Source: Mobula hypostoma (taxonomy: Eukaryota). Taken from it: 64,000 nucleotides of DNA. Of the stretch, positions 49,176 to 62,519 are shown one piece after another. The first letter of the stretch is position 1. Every line of letters starts with the position of its first letter. A program made the translations under genes and the position numbers. The stretch spans positions 130,078,001-130,142,000 of the forward strand of contig NC_086097.1 of assembly GCF_963921235.1 (NCBI RefSeq). Direction: 5' to 3'. A model generated the notes under the pieces. It was not told the DNA's origin and ran no database searches. It was given only the letters and a program-made list of their open reading frames with translations.

Positions 49176-49250
49176 CTGTGGAAAAGGCAGAAACAAATGC
49201 ATTAACAGATGTTGATAGACTTCATTCAGTGTAAGTAGTATTTTCATATA

Positions 49251-51126
49251 TAGTGCCTTGAAAAAGTATTTAGCCCCACAACTGTTTCCACATTTTACCT
49301 CAGAGCTCAGTGAAGTTCATCATAAAAAGTAGAAGAAAAATACAAAACCGCACCCACACTGCATAGCTCTAAGCTTAGTCACTAGAGAAGAATGGCACTT
49401 GTAAAAGAGGCTACTGTGATGCCAACAGTCACTCTGAGTGAGCTACAGAAGTCAGTTCCTGCAACTGGAGATGAAGTTCATGGCTCCACAATTTCTAATG
49501 CCTTGCATAAAATGGGTGCTTACGGAAGAATGGCAAGAAAGGAGGTCTGGCTTAAAAAAAGGATATCCTTGCCTGTAAAGACTCTGCAAAACCTTACTTA
49601 GACAATACTGTAAAGATGTGGAAATAGGTTATAAGGCCAGATGAGACTAAAGTTGAACTTTTTTGCCTCAACACCAAGCGGTATGTGTGTTGTAAATCTA
49701 ATACTGCGCATCAGCCAGATAACACCATCCCTTCTGTAAAGTATGGTGGAGGTAACATCATGTCTATGGCGATGTTTTCAGCAGCAGAGACTGGGAATCT
49801 GGTCAGGATTGATAGGAACATTAATGCTGCTAAATACAGAGAGATCCTGGGTAAAAAACCAGCTAGCCTTGACCAGAAAGCTTAAACTGCCACAGCAACT
49901 ATGAAGTGCCTTCAAAAGAAGAAAATTGACATTCTTGAGTGGCCCAACCAGAGTCACGACCTTAAATTGATTGAACATCTCTGACAAGACCTCAACTGCT
50001 GTCCAGCACTGCTCGGCAACTAACCTGGCACAGCTTCAGCAATTTTGCATAGAGAAATGGGCAAATCTTACTCCATCACGTTGTGCAAATTTCATAGAAG
50101 ACTTATCCAAAAAGACTACTAGCCATAACCATAGGGGGTTCAACTAAGTACTGAGCACAGGGGGATAAACATTTTTGAACTGCTGACATTTCAGTTTTTG
50201 AATTTTTAGTGTTTCATGGGTTTTTTGGGCTCTACAGTGAAAAACAGAGCATATAATTCACAAATAATAATTCTCAGTGAAATTGATCAAAATCTGTGGT
50301 TCTCACTACCATTCAGGGCAACAAACAATCCCTCCAGGTGAGGTGATACTTCACCTGTGAGTATGTTAGGGTCACCTACTGTATCTGGTGCTCACAGTGT
50401 GCTGTCCTGTATATCAATGAGGCCAACATATATTGGAAATGCTTTCACCGAGCCCCTCAGCTGCATCTGCCAAAAATAAAGCTGGATCTCCCCCTGGCTC
50501 CCATTTTAATTCCACTTCCCATTTCAACATGTCAGTCCATGATCTCCTCTACTGCCACGACGAGGCCACACTCAGGTTGGAGAAACACCTAATATTCTGT
50601 CACAGTAGCCTCCAACCTCATAGCATGAACATCAATTTCTCGAACTTCCTGTAATGCTCCCCCTCCTCCTTCACCATTCCCCATTTCCACTTCTCTCTCT
50701 CACCTTATCTCCTTATCTGCCCATCACCTCCCTCTGGTGCTTCTCCCCCTTTTCTTTCTTCTATGCCTTCTGTCCTCTCCTATCAGATTACCCCTTCTCC
50801 AGCCCTGCATCTTTTTTACTAATCAACTTCCCAGCTCTTTACTTCACCCCTCCCCCTCCTCATTTCACCTATTATCTTCTGTTTCTTCCTCCCCTCCCCC
50901 CACCTTCTTGCTCTGACTCGTCGTTTTTTTCCCGTCCAGTCTCGATGAAGGGTTTCAGCCCGAAATGTCAACTATATTCTTTTCCATAGATATTGCCTAG
51001 CCTGCTGAGTTCCTCCAGCATTTTGTGTGTGTTGCTTGGATTTCCAGCATCTGCAGATTTTCTCTGTGTTGTAATACTCATTATGTGAATGAAGGGTTGG
51101 GGGCTGAATACTTTTACAGGGCACTA
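49251..51126 (+). mobile_element. Tc1-family DNA transposon, degenerate, interrupted by a PLE
   Basis: TIR (c/t)agtgccttgaaaaagtatttagcccc and its reverse at ~51100-51126; transposase remnants [47 protein letters not shown]. Confidence 0.88.
50302..51070 (+). mobile_element. Older PLE fragment (GIY-YIG remnant plus pseudo-LTR) nested in Tc1
   Basis: FTCEYVRVTYCIWCSQCAVLYINE..HFNSTSH..DEATLRLEKHLIF; mutated hammerhead ctcgatgaagggtttcagcccgaaatgtc (~50940-50970). Confidence 0.85.
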
Positions 51127-51994
51127 TGGTGCCCATAATAAAGAAAACCACACCAGGGATCATCACAAAAGTGAGATCCCCGAAATAATTGACACTATGA
51201 CTATGAAATATTGGGTAAGATGACTGAGAGCTTGGCTGAAGCATTAGGCTTTGAGAAAGATTAAAGAGGAGGAGGAGCTTATAGAGGACATCCCAAATGT
51301 TTATCTCCAGATGGCTGAAAACAAAACAGCCGACAACAATCCATGGATTAATCAGAAGACAGGTGGGTACTATAGCCAACTGGCAGTTTCAGAAATGGAA
51401 ACTATCACCGCTTTACAGCTGAGAAGTAATATCTGGGCCATAATTAATGGAATTTTGAATGGTAAAGGATCAAAGCTTTAAAGATGACGGAGATGAAAAC
51501 TGAATCTCCAAACAGCAAAAACCTGGTTGCTGTTATCCTGTTGTTGCAGCACATGGAACAAAGGATACATTTCTACTCCAGTATGTAATGAGGACCGGGT
51601 TACCAAATTTAAAATTCTCAGGGTTATATTATTCTACTCAACCATGGCTCACAGATGCATTTGGGGCATCATACAGCAAGTGTGACTGCATTAGTCTGAT
51701 ACCTAGAAAAGCTCTGCTGAAGGTAACTAGGGACTTCAAATTTTATTCACACCTCACAGAGATGAAAGAAAGATAAACTGTGGGCATAGTTTAAATAATG
51801 CAGAGTACCTCTAACATTTCTGTCCTCTCTTAGAACTCTCTGACGCCATGCCAGAATAAAGAGTTCATTAATATCAGAAGATGCTATATGGAGCTCGAGA
51901 ACTTGCAAGATATATATGCAATACTAATAAATATCTAAGGAGGCACAACTGAGGTAGTCATACACAGCAAAATTTAACCATTTTTAACATCAAT

Positions 51995-52570
51995 AAGACC
52001 ATAAAACATAGGAGCAGAATTAGACTATTCGACTCATCAAGTCTGCTCTGGCATTCCATCATGACTGCTTTATTATCCCTCTCAAGCCCACTCTCCTGTC
52101 TTCTCCCCATAGAATTTGACATCCTTACCACCAACTCAACCTGCAAATTAACCTATAAGAAATCCTGTTCAAGGAATCCCAAGTCCCTGTACACCTCTGA
52201 TGTTTTATTTTTCTCCCCATTTAGAAAATAGTACACACATTTGTTTTTTCTATCAAAGTGTATGACTATACACTTCCCAACACCCTTTGCCATCTACCAC
52301 TTCTTTGCCCATTCTCCCAATCTGTCCAAGTCCTTCTGCAGAATCTGTGCTTCCTCAACACTACCTGTCCCTCCACCTATCTTTGTATTGTCCACAAACT
52401 TGTCCACAAAGTCATCAATTGCATCATTCAGATCACTGGCGTAAAAAGAAGTGGGCCCAACACCAGACCCTGCAGAACACCACTGGTCACCAGCAGCCAA
52501 CTAGAAAAGGCCCCCTTTATACTCACTCTTTGCCTTCTGCCTGTCAGCCAATCTTCCATCCATGTTAGAT
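51995..52570 (-). mobile_element. Degenerate CR1 fragments
   Basis: KFVDNTKIGG..LQKDLDRLGEWAKKW; 3' tail ataagaccataaaacataggagcagaa. Confidence 0.8.
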
Positions 52571-53550
52571 ATAACAAACGAAAAATTTCCTACCTACAAC
52601 CAACCTGTACGAAGCGTTTGAATTACTAACAAAGATTAGATGCCCTATTTTAAATGAAAAACATATTTGAACATTTCAACACCCAACAACAAACCAACAG
52701 CTTCCACAGGTTGGTTTGATGCAGGACTTTGACCAAAAACATTAACAGTTCCTTTCTTCGCACAGGTGCTGCTTGACCTGAGTTTGTCTAGCAGATTAAC
52801 TGTTGCTCCAGATTCTAGCATCTGTCATCTCTTGTGTCTCCAAAGTTTCCCTGAAAAATGACAGCATTGTCTTTCGCAATTGCTCCTGCGCCCACAGCAT
52901 TACGGTGTTTGATCATGCAGCACAGCTTTCAGGACAAGCTGCACTGGAGGTGTTGTCTCTACCCATACACCTGAGATTATACTTAATATCAACACACTAT
53001 TCAGACTAAGCACCTTGTGTCACAGTCTCATGAAGACCTTCACCAGCCGCCCCTGCAACTTCAGGCCACCCTACTGATATAGTATCATTCCCAAACTCAA
53101 CCAATTCATTTTCCTAGCCACGTTCCAAGTCAAGTCTCCTACCATTAACTGGGTCTCAATCACCTATTGGCTCTCTGTCTTCCCCAATTTAAAGCTTGCA
53201 TGAAAACTTTTCAGTCTTTGACAATCTCCACTTCTGTGTCCAGTGTAGTTAGCAACCTCTGGGAGAAGCTTGCATTCTTCCAAAGCTGGCATCTTGCATG
53301 ACTCTCACCTCTTTCACCTGACCACTACAGGGCAATGACTTTAACCACCTGGAATCCAAGCTAGACCTCCATCCCTCAAGATCCTCCGAAACACAGTAAA
53401 TTCCACCTCTTGTACCAGACTCAACTCCAGCCCCTTCCAACACTATCTCCTATAATTAGCATCTATCTTTATCTAACTATTTGTGTACAAAGCATCTTCA
53501 CAACCTTTTCCTACAATAATATTGCTATATAAATGTTTACAGTGGGTTAC

Positions 53551-53692
53551 CTTTGTGATCTGACATAGTCTTCTTTCAGTGGAAATAACTTTTCCTCGAC
53601 TCTTTCCCAGCGTTCTAGAGAACACCATAACCAGTCTGGGTTTACAACATGAAGATGCTTGCATGCTTGCGCTTGTCGAACCTTCTCAGTTC
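53551..53692 (-). CDS. CTDP1: CTDP1/FCP1 coding exon (~human exon 9), end of BRCT domain
   Basis: Translates (G)TEKVRQAQACKHLHVVNPDWLWCSLERWERVEEKLFPLKEDYVRSQ(R), matching the vertebrate FCP1 BRCT end (human ...GTEKVLQAQECGHLHVVNPDWLWSCLERWDKVEEQLFPL). Acceptor ttttttttcctcctgacag, donor AG|gtaacc; 142 bp, phase 1 to phase 2. Confidence 0.96.
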
Positions 53693-53869
53693 CTGTCAGG
53701 AGGAAAAAAATTATTTTTATTGCCAAACTGTGCTTGAACATTGACAGACCATACAGATATTGCATTCTTATCAATCACTTTGAAGTCTCCTCTTCATTGT
53801 TGCACAAGGGGTATTACAGATATCCACCAGCTCACCACAGAATAATTAACCTTAGTACCATCATAAGCC

Positions 53870-55310
53870 CATTAGACATAGGAGCAGAATCAGGCCATTC
53901 ACTCTCTTGAGTCTACTCTGCCATTCAATCATGGCTGATTTATTTCCCCCATTCTCCTGCCATCTTTTGATGCTCTGACTAATCAAGAACCTCCACTTAA
54001 AAAAATACCCAATGACTTGGCCCCCTCAACTGTCTGAGGCAAGAAATTCCAGAGATTCACCACCCTCTGGCTGAAGAAATTCCTCATTTCCCCATTCTAA
54101 ACAATTGTCCTTGTATTTTGAGGCTGTACTCCCAGTTGTACAAAACACGTCCACTTCTAGACTAATATTCTATAGGTTTCAGTGACATTCCCCCTAATTT
54201 TTATAAACTCCATTGGGTACAGACCCAGAGCTATCAAATACTCCTCATACAGTAACTTTTTCATTCCTGGGATCATTCTCATGAACCTCCTCTGGAACCT
54301 CTACAATGCCAATACATTCTTTCTCAGATGAGGAGTCCCAAATTGCTCACAATAATCCAAGTGTGGTCTGACCAATGCCTTACAAAGCTTCAGCATTATA
54401 TCCTTGCTTTTATATACACAGATCTTCTCGAAATGAATGCTCATATTACACTTGCCTTCCTTACACTGATCCAACCTACAAATAAACCTGCATGAAGACT
54501 CCCAAGTCCCTTTGCAACTCTGAATTCTGAATAATAGTCAACACCTTTATTCCTTCTACCACAGTGCATGCCCATACACTTTCCTACATCCATCTGTCAG
54601 GTCTTTGTCCATTCTCCTAATCTGTCCAAGTCTTACTGCAGACTCCTTGCTGCCCTGACATGATCTGCCCCTTCACCTATCTTTGTATTGTCTGCAAACT
54701 TGGCCACAAAGCTATCAATTTCATCATCCAATTCACTGACATATAATGTGTAAAGAAGCCATCTTAACAACTTAACCCTGCGGAACACCACTGTGGCAGC
54801 CAACCAGAAAAGATCCTTTATTCCAACTCTTTGCTTCCTGCTTGTCAGCTAATCTTCTATCCATACTAGTATTTTTCCTATAATACCAGGGCTCTTACCT
54901 TGTTAAGCAGCCTCATGTCTAGGACCTTGACAAAGGCCTTGCAAAAATCCAAGTACATAACATCTTTATACTGCTTGTTATTTCCTCAAAGAATTCCAAC
55001 AATGCTGACTTTAGCCTATTTTATCATGTGCCTCCAAGTAACCCAAATCCTCATCCTTAATAATGGACTCCAATATCATACCAACCACTTAAATCAGACT
55101 AACTGGCCTGAAACTTCTTGTCTTTTGCCTCCCTCCCTTCCTAAAGTGTAAAGTGACGTTTGCAATTTTCCAGTTCCCTCAAATCATTCTTGAATCTTCT
55201 TGATTCTTGAAAGATCACAACTAATACCCAGCCCCACAATCTCTTCAGCATCCTCTTTCAGAACTCTGGGATGTAGACCAGGTGACCTTTCTACCTTCAG
55301 ACCCTTAAGC
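53870..55310 (-). mobile_element. Degenerate CR1 (RT to 3' end), multiple deletions
   Basis: Reverse complements of LDFCKAFVK, KFADNTK, RPHLDYCEQF and FFSQRVVNLWN remnants. Confidence 0.8.
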
Positions 55311-55341
55311 TTCAACTTCTACAAGATGTACCACAAAAATA

Positions 55342-57023
55342 CAGTGCCTTGTAAAAGTACTCAGCCCCCAACCCTTTGTTCACATAAATGAGTATTACAA
55401 CCAGGGATTTTGATCAATTTTACTGAGAGTTATTATTTGTGAATCATATGCTCCATTTTTCACAGTACAGCCCAAAAGAAAACAGGGAAAATTGTAAACT
55501 ATGAAAACCTAAAAATTTAAAACTGAGACATCAGCAGTTCAAAAATATTCATCCCCCTTTGCTCAGTAATTAGTTTAGCCAATTACTGCAGCTTTTACAA
55601 CCGGTAGTTTTTTTTAGATAAATCTTTATTACAAACGTTTATAGCTTTGCACAATTCGGTGGAGCAAGATTTATCCATTCCTCCTGCACAATTGCTCAAA
55701 CTGTGCCAGATTTGTTGGGGCGTGGTGCAGGACAGCAATCTTAAGGTAATGCCAGAGATGTTCAATCAGTTTAAGGTCAGGGCTCTGACCGGACCACTAA
55801 CTACATCAATTTTCTTCATTTGAAGCCACTCTAAGGTTACTCTGGCAGTGTGCTTTGGGATATTGTCCTGCTGAAAGTAACACCCCCCCCCCCCCAATTT
55901 TCTTCATATGAAGCCACTCCAAGGTTGCTCTGGCAGTGTGCTTTGGGATATTGTCCTGCTGAAAGTAACACCCCCCCCCCACCCCCACTGCCGAGTTCAA
56001 GCTTTCTGGTCAAGGCTAGCAGGTTTTTAAACCAGGATATCTCCATTTGTCAGCATCTGTCTTTCCATCAATCCTGACCAGATTCCCATCCCTGCTGCTG
56101 AAAACATCCCGATAGCCATAATGCTACCCCTGCCATTCTTTACTGTAGGGATGGTGTTACCTAGCTGATGCAGTGTTAGGCTTTACAACACACATACCAC
56201 TCTCATCTGACTGTAAGATATTCTTCCACATCTTTACAGTATCATCCAAGTGACTGTAAAATCTTTGCAAAATCTTTATGGGCAATAATGTTTTTTTTTC
56301 CAACCAGAGTTTCTTCCTAACAACTCTTCCATAAAAAAATCTTTTTGTGCAAAGCCTTAGAGATTATGAAGCAATAAATTTCATCTCTCTCCTGTTGCAG
56401 CCATTGACCTTTGCAGCTCACTCAGAGTGACTGCTGGCATCTTAGTAGCCCCTCTTACATTCTTCTCTGGTAACTAAGTTTAAAGGGGCAGCTTAACCTA
56501 GGCAATGTGGTTGTGGTTTCATATTTTTTCCATGATGGACTAAATTGAGCTCCAAAGTATGTTTGGTGCCTTTAAGATGGTCTTATACCCTTCCCCAGAT
56601 TTGTGCTTCTCTATTATCATTTCCCTGACTTGAATGTTCTTTTGTCTTCTTGTTTGGTCTGTTGAAAGTCTACCATACTGTTGGACCTTACACAGAGAGG
56701 GGGTTTTTTTTTTAGTCAGATGATCTTCTAATTTTCTATTTCAACATATTGGGTGAGGTGGTCAGGTAATACACAGTATTGCACCTGAGGAAAGTTAGCG
56801 TAGTAATTACAAAGGGGATAAATACTTTTTCAGCATCACAATTTTGATTTTTCAATTTTTTTTCAGTAAGTTGTTGACAGGTTTTGGAATTTTGATTTGA
56901 CATGATGCACAATGTTTTGTAGATTCACTCAAAAAACCCGACTACAATACGTTTTAAATTTAGAAAATGAGACCTTAAAATGTAAAAATAGTTGTGAGGG
57001 CTGAGTACATTTTCAAGACATTG
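55342..57023 (-). mobile_element. Tc1-family DNA transposon, near full length, degenerate
   Basis: TA|cagtgccttgtaaaagtactcagcccc ... gggctgagtacattttcaagacattg|TA; transposase remnants FQQDNIPKHTARATLEW; same family as 49251-51126 in the opposite orientation. Confidence 0.88.
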
Positions 57024-58889
57024 TATATGGTGCCAATCTCACCAAAGCTGTAAAAAGAAAAGTTCTAACAGCTTCATCAAACTGACCGATAATGCGGTCC
57101 AGTGTTTAACCAATAATACTAGTTAAATTAAAGTGACAATTTTTTTCTCTATTTCTTTGTTTTCAATATGGGTTCTTTCTCAACATTTTACATTTTAAAA
57201 TTCTTTTGCATCTCTTCACAATAATTAAACTACCGGAGGAATTCAGCGGATCAGGCAACATGTGTAGAGATAAGTGGATAGTCAACATTTTGGGTCGGGA
57301 TATTTAATCTGTCCAGATGAAGGGTCTTGAATCTAAACTCTTCAGTGTCCCTTTCCTTCTATAGATGCCGCCTCCAGTAATTTAGTTCTTTTCCCCCGCT
57401 ACGGATTCCAGCCCGTGCAGTCTCATGCATCCTATCTCTTCACAAGCTGTCTTTCTACATTTAACCATCTGGATGTGCACATCCAGCCTTCAATGATGAT
57501 GAACAGAAGTTACTGAAAGTCAATGGACTACAAGGGTGTAGAGATTGCGCTCAATCTTTAAAATGCCCTGGTTTAAACAGTATGTCTGGACACATCTGTG
57601 GTAGAACATACTGGTCTTGGAGACAGCAGAGCATAGATTTTCCAGAATACCACCTGGAATTGAAGGGTTAAACTGCAGACAGATTACACAAATTGTACAT
57701 AATATACAGATGCAGCCCTCATCAAGGCCCTATATACTCCAATGAGAAATATTTACTCCTGAACTCAAATCCTCTTGTAAAAACCTCACATTTACCTCTC
57801 CCTTGGCTTGCTGCAGCAACATTTCAGTTACTCATATACAAGGACAACCAGGTTTCTTTGTGCATCAGCATTTTTCAATCTCCCATCATTTTAAAGAAAA
57901 TGCAGCTTTTCTGTTTCCTGAATCAATATGCATCATGTTTTTCCACATTATATTGCAACTGCCATGTTCTTACCCATACATTCTGTTTGTCCTTATCTCC
58001 ATGGAGTCATAAAGTGAATGAGTAAAACAGCATGGAGAGGCCCTTTGGCCAACTTGTCCATGCTGACCATAGTGCCCACCAAGCTAGTACCATTTTTCTG
58101 TGTTTGGCCCATATTCCTCTAAACCTCTCCTATCCATGCGCTAATTTGAACGTCTTCTAAACTTTGCTATTGTACCTGCCACAACCACTTTCTCTGGCAG
58201 CACACACTATTTCTGCAACTAGGGTTTGACCCTCAGACCCCTTTAAAATCTCATTTTAAAATTATGCCCTCCAGATTTGAATCCCATTCTCTGGGAAAAG
58301 GACTTGGTGTAATCACCTTATCTATGACTCCAAAATTTTATACACCTCTGCAAGGTCAGTTCGCAATCTGCTACATCCCAAGGAATAAAGTAATACAGTG
58401 CCAGCCTGCCACAACACCCCACATAACTCGGGCCTCAAGTCCTCTTTATATCTTCCTCCCTACTCACAATCCTGGCTTGTTCTGTAGCAGCAACAAGTTT
58501 GGAAATATGATATTTGTTCCCCTCATCCACACATGGGCAGTTGAGGAAGCCTGCTGGCTCAGTCGTTTAAAGTGATTGTGGCTTCAAGGGTTGGATTACA
58601 ATAAGATACTGCGCAGGGATTTAATCCTTGGAAGTTTGGACATGGCACCAAAGGTTACGAAGAAGGAACTGGGGCTGAGGCGGAGATAGGAAAAAAGGAT
58701 CGGCCATGATTGAATGGCAGAGCAGACTCTGTGGGCCAGATGGCTTAATTCTGCTCCTACGTCTTACCGTCTTATGGAATTTGGGATGAGGAGGGATGAG
58801 TCAGATTTTCAAAACTACTAGAGGGACAAAATACAGGAAAACAGGAGCGTATATATTGCTTGTTTGATATGTGCTGTGTCATATGATGT

Positions 58890-60170
58890 AGGCGATCATG
58901 CCATTTCATTAGCTATTCACTCAGTTCCAGAACAACTGGACATCAGGATGCTCTTTATTGATAACCTTTCAGCATTCAACACTATCATCCCCTCAAAACT
59001 AATCACTAAATTCCAAGACCTAGGCCTCAATATTTCCTTCTGCAACTGGATCCTCGCTTTCCTCATTTGCAGGCTCCAGTCAGTATGGAACGTCAACATC
59101 ATTTCTTCCAAAATCATCATCAACACAGGTGTACTGCAAGACTGTGTGTTTAGCCTCATTTCACTCACTTTTTAAATTGCTAACTCTGAGGCTAAGTACA
59201 TCTCCAATGCCAGATTAAGTTTGCTCATGACACCACTCTTGTTGGCTGAATCAAAGGTCATGATAAATTGACACATAGCTGCGAGACTGAAAATCTGATT
59301 GACTGGTGCCACAACAACAAACTCTCACTCAATGTCAGCATCTATGGAGAGGAATAAACAGTCATACTCTTCATCAGAACTCCAATTATTGATTATTGAG
59401 AAGAGGAGGAAGAAGTTGGAATCCATGAACAAGTCCTCATTAGGAGATTGGAGGTGGACAGGGTCAGTCGCGTTAAATTCCTTGGCACTACCATATCAAG
59501 GGGCCTGATCAGCACATAAGTGCCATCACAAAGAAGGCACGACAGCACTTCCACTTTCTTAGAAGCTTGCAGATTCAGCATGTCATCCAAAAGCCTGACA
59601 AACTTCATTTTGACTGGTTGCATCACAGCCTATTATGGAAACACCAATGGGCAGGAATGGAAAGATCTCCAAAAACTGGTGGATACAACCCAGTCCATCA
59701 CAGGCAAAGCTCTCCCCACCATTGAACACATATACGAGGAGCACTATCACAAAGAAAAACAATCAAAGACTTCTCATCATCCAGGCCACACTCTCTTCTC
59801 ACTACTACTATCAGGCAGGAGGACGTAGGAGCCTTAGGTCCCACACCACCAGGTTCAGGAACAGTTATAATTCTACAGTTATCAGGCTCCTGACCAGCGC
59901 GGATAACCTCATTCACCTCAATGCTGAACTGACTCCAAAACTAACAGACTCACTTTCAAGGTCGCTACAACTCACATTCTCAATTATGTATTTATTCATT
60001 CATTTTAAAATGTTATTATTTGCACGATTTATCCAATTCTGCACATTGGATGTCTGTTAATCTTTGCTATGTACAATTCTTCATAAATTCGATTGTATTT
60101 ATTTTCCTGTAAATGCCTGCAAGAAAACAAATCTCAAGGTGACATGAATATACTTTGATAATCAACTTAT
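58890..60170 (+). mobile_element. Degenerate Rex1/Babar LINE (RT to 3' UTR)
   Basis: RMLFIDNLSAFNTIIPSKLITK..LGLNISFCNWILAFL..INTGVLQDCV; ILTGCITAYYGN; TTRFRNSY. Confidence 0.82.
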
Positions 60171-61209
60171 TCTGAACCCGCCTACCAGAGGCCATCTTCA
60201 AAAGGTAGTGCCTCAAGCAGGTGGCACCATCCGAGACATGCCCTCTTCTCTCTATTGCCAGTGGAGAGGAGGTACTGGAGCCTGAAGACCCACACTCAAC
60301 ACTTTAGGAACAGGCTTTTCCCTCTGCCGTCAGTTTTCTGAATGGATACTGGGAATGAATCGTGACCAACATAAAAGTGAGAAAGATCACCAAGTTAGAT
60401 TATTTTCCTGTTACGACGCCAAAACATCTCTCCTTCTGATGTATTTGATGGGCAAGGCATCAATTTGATGATATGTCAATACTCTGCTCTTTCAGTACTA
60501 AGAAAGAACAGCTTCTCGTTCAGCAAGGCAACACATTGATCAAGAAGAAACATAACATGTTTATTGTGCACCAGCCAAACGCATTATTCATAACATACAT
60601 ACCACCAGCTTAGCAATCCATGTATCTGGGTGACATCAAATTTATAAACAACTAACTCATGACAGGGAACTAATAAGGGGTCCATCGTGATACCATCAGT
60701 GAAATTAAAACTGCTGGATGAAAATCCCAATGGTGACGGGTCAAACAAGCTGCTCATTCATTGTTTTTACATTACTCACAAAACAGTGAACAATACAAAA
60801 AAATAAAACCAATATTCACTCAACATCCTTCCTATACAAAGCATGTAATAAGCTCATACATCACCCATGATGGGTAAATTATACCCCTAAACCAGTTGTC
60901 ACAAATATGTCAAAGTTTTCCCTGAAACCTTTTTTTTGCATTAATCTCTGGGAAGGGAGGGCAATCCTTCGCTCCAATGATTCAACGCATCAGGTCATGA
61001 GGATGTTTCAAATGGTAGCACTTTTGGTTGGCAGAGTTATTAACACAGAGATCAGCGACCATGACCAAAACTGATATATGTGATACGTAAAAAAAACATG
61101 TTCTGCCCTAAAACAAATCCAGTCTGTGGTACTCAGATATTCCCAGTTTGTCACTCTCCCTGTGGATCAATTACGCTCTGCGACAACAGTGGCTCACCAG
61201 ATAGCCAGC

Positions 61210-61510
61210 AGGTGCTACAGTGGCACAACCAGTGGAACTACTGACACACACTCAGGGAGCCTGGTTCAACCCTGACTTCCAGTACTGTCTGTACGGAGTT
61301 TGCATGCTCCCCCTGTGACTGTGTGGGTTTTCAACAAGTGCTACAATTCCCTCCCACATCCAAGAGGTATATGGAGATGGTAGGTTAATTGGGAACCGAG
61401 AATTACCCCAATGTAGAAATGAGTGGTGGAAGCTAGGGAAGAGTTGATGGGAATTGAGAAAGACTAGTGTGGGATCAGGCACAAGGATGGGTGCTCAATA
61501 ATGAGGCATA
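61210..61510 (+). mobile_element. HE1/V-SINE-like SINE
   Basis: B box ggttcaaccc plus ctgtctgtacggagtttgcatgctccccctgtgactgtgtgggtttt..ttccctcccacatcc. Confidence 0.72.
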
Positions 61511-61539
61511 GCACCAGTTTCTGTGCGATTCTCTTTATG

Positions 61540-61945
61540 GCTCCTGCCTCCAAATCAAAAGGTTGTGGCTTGAAAGACCCATTCAAATCTCAAACACCAG
61601 CTTCTAACGGTCATTCTAGTACAGTAGCAAAGGAGTGCTGAACTCTCCAAACTGCCGACTCCCACATAAGAAAACCCTCTGTTGTCCTGATGCTCTCCTG
61701 GATGAACGTAAAAGATCTAACTTGAAAAGGAATTGGGGAATTGCCTTCCATGTGTTGGCCAACACCTAGCCCTCAACCAGCATCAGTCAAAACTACATTC
61801 TCTGGCCAAAGTAACTGACTTATCTGGGAGCATGCTACATCTTTTTCATTACAGTAGACGATACTTCAGAAGTACTTCACTGGCTGTAGAGACTTTTGGA
61901 TATTCTGAAGGGTACATGAGAAGGATTATGGAAATTCAAGTCCTA
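61540..61945 (+). mobile_element. Ancient DeuSINE (SacSINE1/AmnSINE-like), degenerate
   Basis: Recalled Deu-domain motifs occur in order: cagtagcaaaggagtgctg, aacgtaaaagatc, ttggccaaca..ccctcaacc, cttcagaagtacttcactggctgtagag. Confidence 0.6.
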
Positions 61946-62014
61946 TTAAACAATGAACTGTGCTGCTCAAAATATAGCAATACAAAACAGTTGCTTACAA
62001 TACCCAATTTATTT

Positions 62015-62290
62015 ATTTAGAGGTACAGTGCAGAATAGATCCTTCCAGCCCTTTGAGCCATGTTGCCCCGGCAACCCTGATTTAACTCTCACTTAATCAC
62101 GGAACAATTTATAATGACCAATTAACCTACTTTTACAATTAATCTTTCGACTGTGGGAGGAAACCAGAGCACCCAGGTAAAACTCACACATTCCACATGA
62201 AGGATATTAAGAGATTCCTTACAGAGGACACTGGAAATGAACTCTGGTGCCACGAGTTGTAATAGCATCAAGCTAACTGCTACACTACTA
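62015..62290 (-). mobile_element. HE1/V-SINE-like SINE
   Basis: aatgaccaattaacctac..gactgtgggaggaaaccagagcacccagg; homologous to 43590-43855. Confidence 0.7.
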
Positions 62291-62519
62291 TGACCAAATA
62301 AACTAGACCCTTCTCCTTCAGCAATCCCTCAGGATTGAGGAGGACTTGTTTCCATTCCAGTTCTGTAATCAGAGGTGACTGATAGCCTGATGTAGGAACC
62401 AAAAATCTTCCACAGATGGGGCAGGAAGCTTCCAGTGGATGGGATGAATGAGTGTTTTTTTTTCCCCAAATGAGTATTTGAGATCATTCCTACAACTTCT
62501 GTGCATTTGTTACCCTTTC

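Noticed and set aside
60975..61075. Possible C/D box snoRNA (atgatt...ctga)
   Set aside because: Imperfect C box, no terminal stem, and opposite strand to the host gene.
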